Source: Owenia fusiformis
Lineage: Eukaryota
DNA: 64,000 nucleotides
Direction: 5' to 3'
Assembly: GCA_903813345.2 (NCBI GenBank)
Contig: CAIIXF020000001.1
Span: 16,182,001 to 16,246,000 of the forward strand
Under the pieces are notes generated by a model. It was not told where the DNA came from and made no database searches. It saw nothing but the letters and a program-made list of their open reading frames with translations. Made by a program: the position numbers and the translations under genes. Shown here piece after piece: positions 60,101 to 64,000 of the stretch (within the stretch, counting starts at the first letter, position 1; the number at the start of each line of letters is the position of its first letter).

Positions 60101-62681
60101 GTTATCAATTGTATGGTTTTGTCTTTCCGTTTCATAAGCAATTTCAAAAAATTCCAGGGGGATTCACATTTGAAAAGTCCTCAGAATGATCAGAAACTGC
60201 ATGATGAAAGAGGGGGGGAAGGGGGGTCAAAGACTCCAATCCCACCTTGGCGAGGGGCCTGGTTACACAAACATGATGTATTGTCAATAAAAGCAGATGA
60301 AATCATCAATACAATTATTGAAACTAGACTTACTCAATTCAATTATACAAGAAAGATGATTTATAGAGATGAAACTCCTAAAAAGTGACAATGGAAGTAG
60401 GGTACCCCCATGAACAACTTTGGGAGCCTCAGACATGACATTATGATAGAATATCCCATGGTGGCAGCTGTTTCCTTACTTAAATGATACACAAATTGCT
60501 ATCAGACACTCTATCTAGTGATAGTGCATTTAATTTACAGATGACCTTCAAATTTTAATTAATGGCCAAAAATGAAGTCAAGTTAAAATTTCTTTGTTTG
60601 AGTGCACTAGAGGAATGAGATGCACATTGTTGTATTTAATTTTATAGCTACAAAAATGTCTTGGCCTAGCTCCACATATATTTTAAAGCATTTTATAATT
60701 TAGTTAAATACAGTATATACTTTGATTTTGACTCATTCTTTGTTATGACTTAAGGCAAAGTTTAGTCCATATATTTAACATGTCACCCCAATAAAGACGT
60801 TTCAGTGTCAAACACAGAGTACTCATTGTGTCCTTAAAATTCATTTAGATAGTGTCATCTCAGTCTGATATTTCCATGTTATCTGCATTCTAGGATGAAG
60901 AAAGGTTTTATCCTAGTTTGCAATGAGACTCCCAAACAAAGGCATTTTGGGATGCCAGGCATTGAAAGGAAAAATTGATTTTTATGACAGATAGATATTT
61001 AGGTATTAATTTCAAAATTTGAATATGTGAAAATGTTTGAATTTTGTTTCACAACAACCATACTCTTTTCCTTTAATTTTTCAACTGTTTCTTTTTCCTT
61101 TTTGGCACTTGCATAACATGCTTACTTACATTTACATGTACATTGTATATCATTAAAACCTTATTAAAAAGGTTACATAAGAATGTTCACAGCAATATAA
61201 TTGTTCCACTATCTCCCGAAACAGACAAATAGGTACATTTTCTTTCATTTGCATGGCAGAGTTGTGTATCCCTCATACTAAATTAGAACTACAGTAGTTG
61301 ATATGTAGGGGTAGAGCCTATATAACACTGAAAGAGTCAACAACTTTATGAATTGCCTGACCATGAATTTATGTGTGTAGACATGCATTTTGTTGCCAAA
61401 ATATAAATATAGGTATGATATATATGTCTGATGTGATGAGTAATACTCCAGCCTGATAAACCATTGAAAACATTATAACAATATCATGTATGCTAATATT
61501 ATATTCCACAACAAAGCAACCAGTATCACATGTTGACATTATTAATACAGTACACTGATAATTATGTTTTATGATAGACAATGAATGTGCCTGTGTTAAT
61601 AAAAAACATGGAACAAGATATTAACGATCTACAATGCCTTCTACAATGCTTCAATGGACAAATAATACAATAGTTTACCTTGATACTTCAGACGTTGATC
61701 CAATCAGCTCTATTGACTCCTTGCTTTAGTTCCTGATCTGTTTTCCTTGCTATGTCCATAAATATGTATGCGATTCACCTGTACATGCGTGTTATTGCAA
61801 ATATCTAAGGTACTGTCTCTGCAGTGTGCATGTATGTGTGACTCTCAGCAGTGTATTAATACAACCAGCCGTCCTGATTCTCATATACACATACTCATTG
61901 TATCTGATATAATATATTGTAAAATTATATTGATTGCTGGTTGGCTGCCTGTATGTGTTACATTAAAAAATAAACAGCTGCTAAATATAGTCACTGATGA
62001 TATTGCACATATTTATGTCAAATGGTATGTTCATCACTAAATTAATTTAGTGTTTGGTTTGTCAAAATGAAAGCATCAAATTAAACATATATAGTAATAA
62101 GGGAGTAGGTTTAGATAGAAGGGTCGATATGATATGTATGTCATCACATAAAAGATGAGAGAGGTATAGTTTTGAACAGTAGTATTGGGTTTCACTTGAT
62201 ATTTTTAAATAAGGATAATTAGGATATTATCAATAAGTATAATTGACTGTAATTTAGTAATGCATTTAAAAAATACATATGAAGAAATGTAAAACTCAAA
62301 TTGAAACACATAACATTAAAAATAATGTTAAAATTTTTTGATGTCCACTAGATAATTACTGCATTCTTTTAAAATTGTCCTTTATATGTAATCAGGGGGA
62401 TTGTGGTGTCAGGCATTTCTGTGAGAGACTGCATTTAGTAACCTAAATGGCCAAGAAATGAACATTCATGTTCACCTAAAAATGAAGCCTTGGTTTTTTG
62501 TTCCAACTCATCTTTACTTCAATTCTCTCTTGCCCTTACATTGGTTTGCAGGTTTTCTGTATAAATGTTCTAATAATTTCAGAGATGAGCTGAAGAAATG
62601 TCGAGAAAGGATCCAAGAGCTGGAGGAGGAGAGAGACACTGTCTTTCAGGACATGCAGAATTCTGAATCTGAGGAAAACAC
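48153..62681 (+). CDS. Uncharacterised protein with an acidic N-terminus followed by coiled coil, partial. Exons: 48153-48235, 48864-49025, 49682-49822, 62583-62681; continues beyond the window
   Basis: Phase-2 GT-AG junctions join MEVTEEPEQF...W/TKSNIEG...CEVCN/NIDGDHP...EQLRMMHLRKYLDQLTEKV...KTR/DELKKCRERIQELEEERD without stops. The start codon is inferred. Confidence 0.7.
50455..51643. mobile_element. Non-autonomous TIR element with many subterminal CCCGCRAA repeats
   Basis: gtattg|cagagctgtcaa ... ttgacagtactg|gtattg (6-bp direct flank), with a related partial copy at 44689-46103. Confidence 0.7.
53094..55127 (-). CDS. TRIM-NHL protein (RING, B-box, coiled coil, shortened filamin-like domain, NHL repeats; TRIM2/TRIM3-like), single coding exon, nested antisense in an intron
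   Basis: CSIC...PKLLPCQHGHSYCKTC...CPSCR; CKVH...FCKTCNETVCRDC...H...GH; NHL repeats FDGPAAVAV, FRLPKAVCV...SDSDNHRIQV and PNGVA. A 5'UTR splice acceptor lies at about 55148. Confidence 0.93.
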   Translation of the reverse strand: MSRLSPDVAEEGGSFSSCSICMHDYDDREHQPKLLPCQHGHSYCKTCLVRLLGTKNFIHCPSCRKKIVMGERGIDELQTNYYIVYIKSLQRQKKGGGDYCKVHPDRRLVLFCKTCNETVCRDCTARAHNETQGHVIIETKQALIDNKHTLQEQIGQASQVVVDADDTITSLRNELSNMATTELSMTQSINDLFDEFEQKLQNQRQIIKDKIKAVYGSQSEAVQSDLNQIKELSTHVNIAMKNSNTALQNNILDEILSNTTSNALALNDMTDALRKAARRQHSKHSLQLDASTSKELFDTTVKDLGRFVAIQAKPPTACLATSIKLVLPEGAKINVMIKDSNGEHVKSRVTEGNDAYYLHFRPMKSGKHKLFIDFKGKTTSRIENPFTVKPNNPLLKVGEQGIGPKKFDGPAAVAVGKNGDIFVADFGNHTVQWFGASGDYLHSFPIGKRISQTEMITASALVATGLNELVCNKAIYVYKQNMWNLKSCNTITFYGPQGHLLQQVSSKSLKQVHGVAINSLQHIIASDLAQHKIFILTRKGSVLKTIGKTGGGSIPGQFRLPKAVCVGPNDEIIVSDSDNHRIQVLTKDGTFLNQFNGNDKFQLKSPNGVAADPHGHVLVCDWSDSSVKVFTMEGTFVGQLESTSERMMWPRGLAIAPPNHTIVADSGNHCIKAYKYM

Positions 62682-63610
62682 GTAAGTCAACCTCATCACA
62701 TCCCCGAATCAATAGAAATTATTTTATGATCATTGATTAAATTGATATTTATGAGTCTGTTAGGTTTTATCACTTTTATTGTTGGGTGCTGTGTTGGGAG
62801 TACAGTGAAACCAATTGATGTAAACATTCTTTGTTGTTATGTAATTGTCTATTTGTTCCACTTTATCACTCAAGGTAGTTCCTCACTTCCAGAATTTTTT
62901 AAAAACAATCACTTAAACATGATTCTAATGAACTATGCATTCTACCATAAGATGTAAGTAATCCACATAAATTTTGAAAATTATTACCAATTTCATATTG
63001 GTTACATACATGAAAATTGTTGTGATGTGAATTTACCTTCAATGAGTTTAGCATATTAAAAATTGTCCACAATTGTAAGTTTTATTGTACATTGGGTGTT
63101 GCTACATACTTACATGTGCAAAACATCTAGACAGAACATCAATTACCTCAAATTGGGAGTTAATAGTTATGATCATGAGGTGCAAATATAGCTTCAGGCT
63201 ATCGGAAATTTCAGTGTCATAACCTTTGTCCATGCTTCTTGGTTGTATGATGTTGTTATTTTAATTTATCTTTATGATACATCAGATACTTTTTGAACAC
63301 ACTTATTTTGATCACTTCATGAGAGGCTGGAAAATGTCGTACTCTGTCAATATGTTTTATACCTAATACCAAAAGTCAGCAAAAAGGGTATCATTTAAAA
63401 ATATAAATATATTAATGCCAGTGACCAACTCCATGAAGTTCAACTGACATCTATATTTGCTGTACATACTTATAAAGATTAATAACTTATAATTCATGCA
63501 TTAAAAACATTTAAAACCCTATTGACATTTTAATATTGGTAAGTTTGAAAAAATTCCTTTTTGCTTGATATTCTCGAACAGAACACATTTTTAACATAAA
63601 TATGTATAAT

Positions 63611-64000
63611 AACTAGACCTTTTTAGCCGAGTCATCCAAAATAAGCCGAGTCATCCAGAATAAGCTGAGTCATCCAGAAAAAGATGGATGGATAAAATAG
63701 GAAGGTAGGATAGGATAGAATAGGAAGGGGCGATAGGATAGAATAAGAAGGAAGTATAGTATAGAATAGAATAGGAAAAAAGGATACGAGAGGATAGGAA
63801 GGAAGGATAGGAAGGAAAAGATACGAAGGAAGGATAGATAGGAAGGATAGGATAGGATCAAATAGGAAGGATGGATGAATTTTTCAATATTTTCTTTTCT
63901 ACTCTTGACTTTCTATCAGGATACTATCAGATCGATTTTTCCGAAATTTCAAAACGCCATAACTTCCGAACTGGAAGTTGGATCGAAATTTGATTTGAAG
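63611..64000. repeat. End of a HINE-like repeat with 3 x 20-bp repeats and a (GGATA/GGAA)n purine microsatellite
   Basis: aactagacc..., (agccgagtcatcca.aata)x3, purine tract at about 63675-63878. Confidence 0.6.

Noticed and set aside
55250-62500. Short ORFs in the long intron upstream of the TRIM gene
   Set aside because: AT-rich, non-ATG starts or no domain signal, and no consistent exon chain. The TRIM 5'UTR exon(s) probably lie here but I could not place them.

Overview
AT-rich metazoan genomic DNA with spliceosomal GT-AG introns, probably from a marine invertebrate (lophotrochozoan-like; this is inference). It holds six protein-coding genes. (1) An MFSD2-like MFS/GPH transporter (-), running off the left edge. 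(2) A complete 17-coding-exon UHRF1 (+). (3) A complete 6-exon mitochondrial CLPP (-). (4) A secreted PAN/Apple-EGF-fibrinogen-domain gene (+) nested antisense in CLPP intron 3. (5) An acidic/coiled-coil gene (+) head-to-head with CLPP, running off the right edge. (6) A single-coding-exon RING-B-box-CC-NHL (TRIM2/3-like) gene (-) nested in an intron of gene 5. Introns are packed with mobile DNA: a young 5'-truncated CR1/L2-group LINE with TSD, Helentron-type (HINE-like) elements, piggyBac- and Tc1-like MITEs, and Crypton remnants. Two patterns stand out. First, four different palindromic elements with CAC...GTG ends and exact 5-bp TSDs (a Transib/RAG-transposon-type signature) all lie in CLPP introns. 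Second, six exon junctions in three genes have the splice site itself tandemly amplified into the intron. All exon coordinates were read by eye without transcript evidence.
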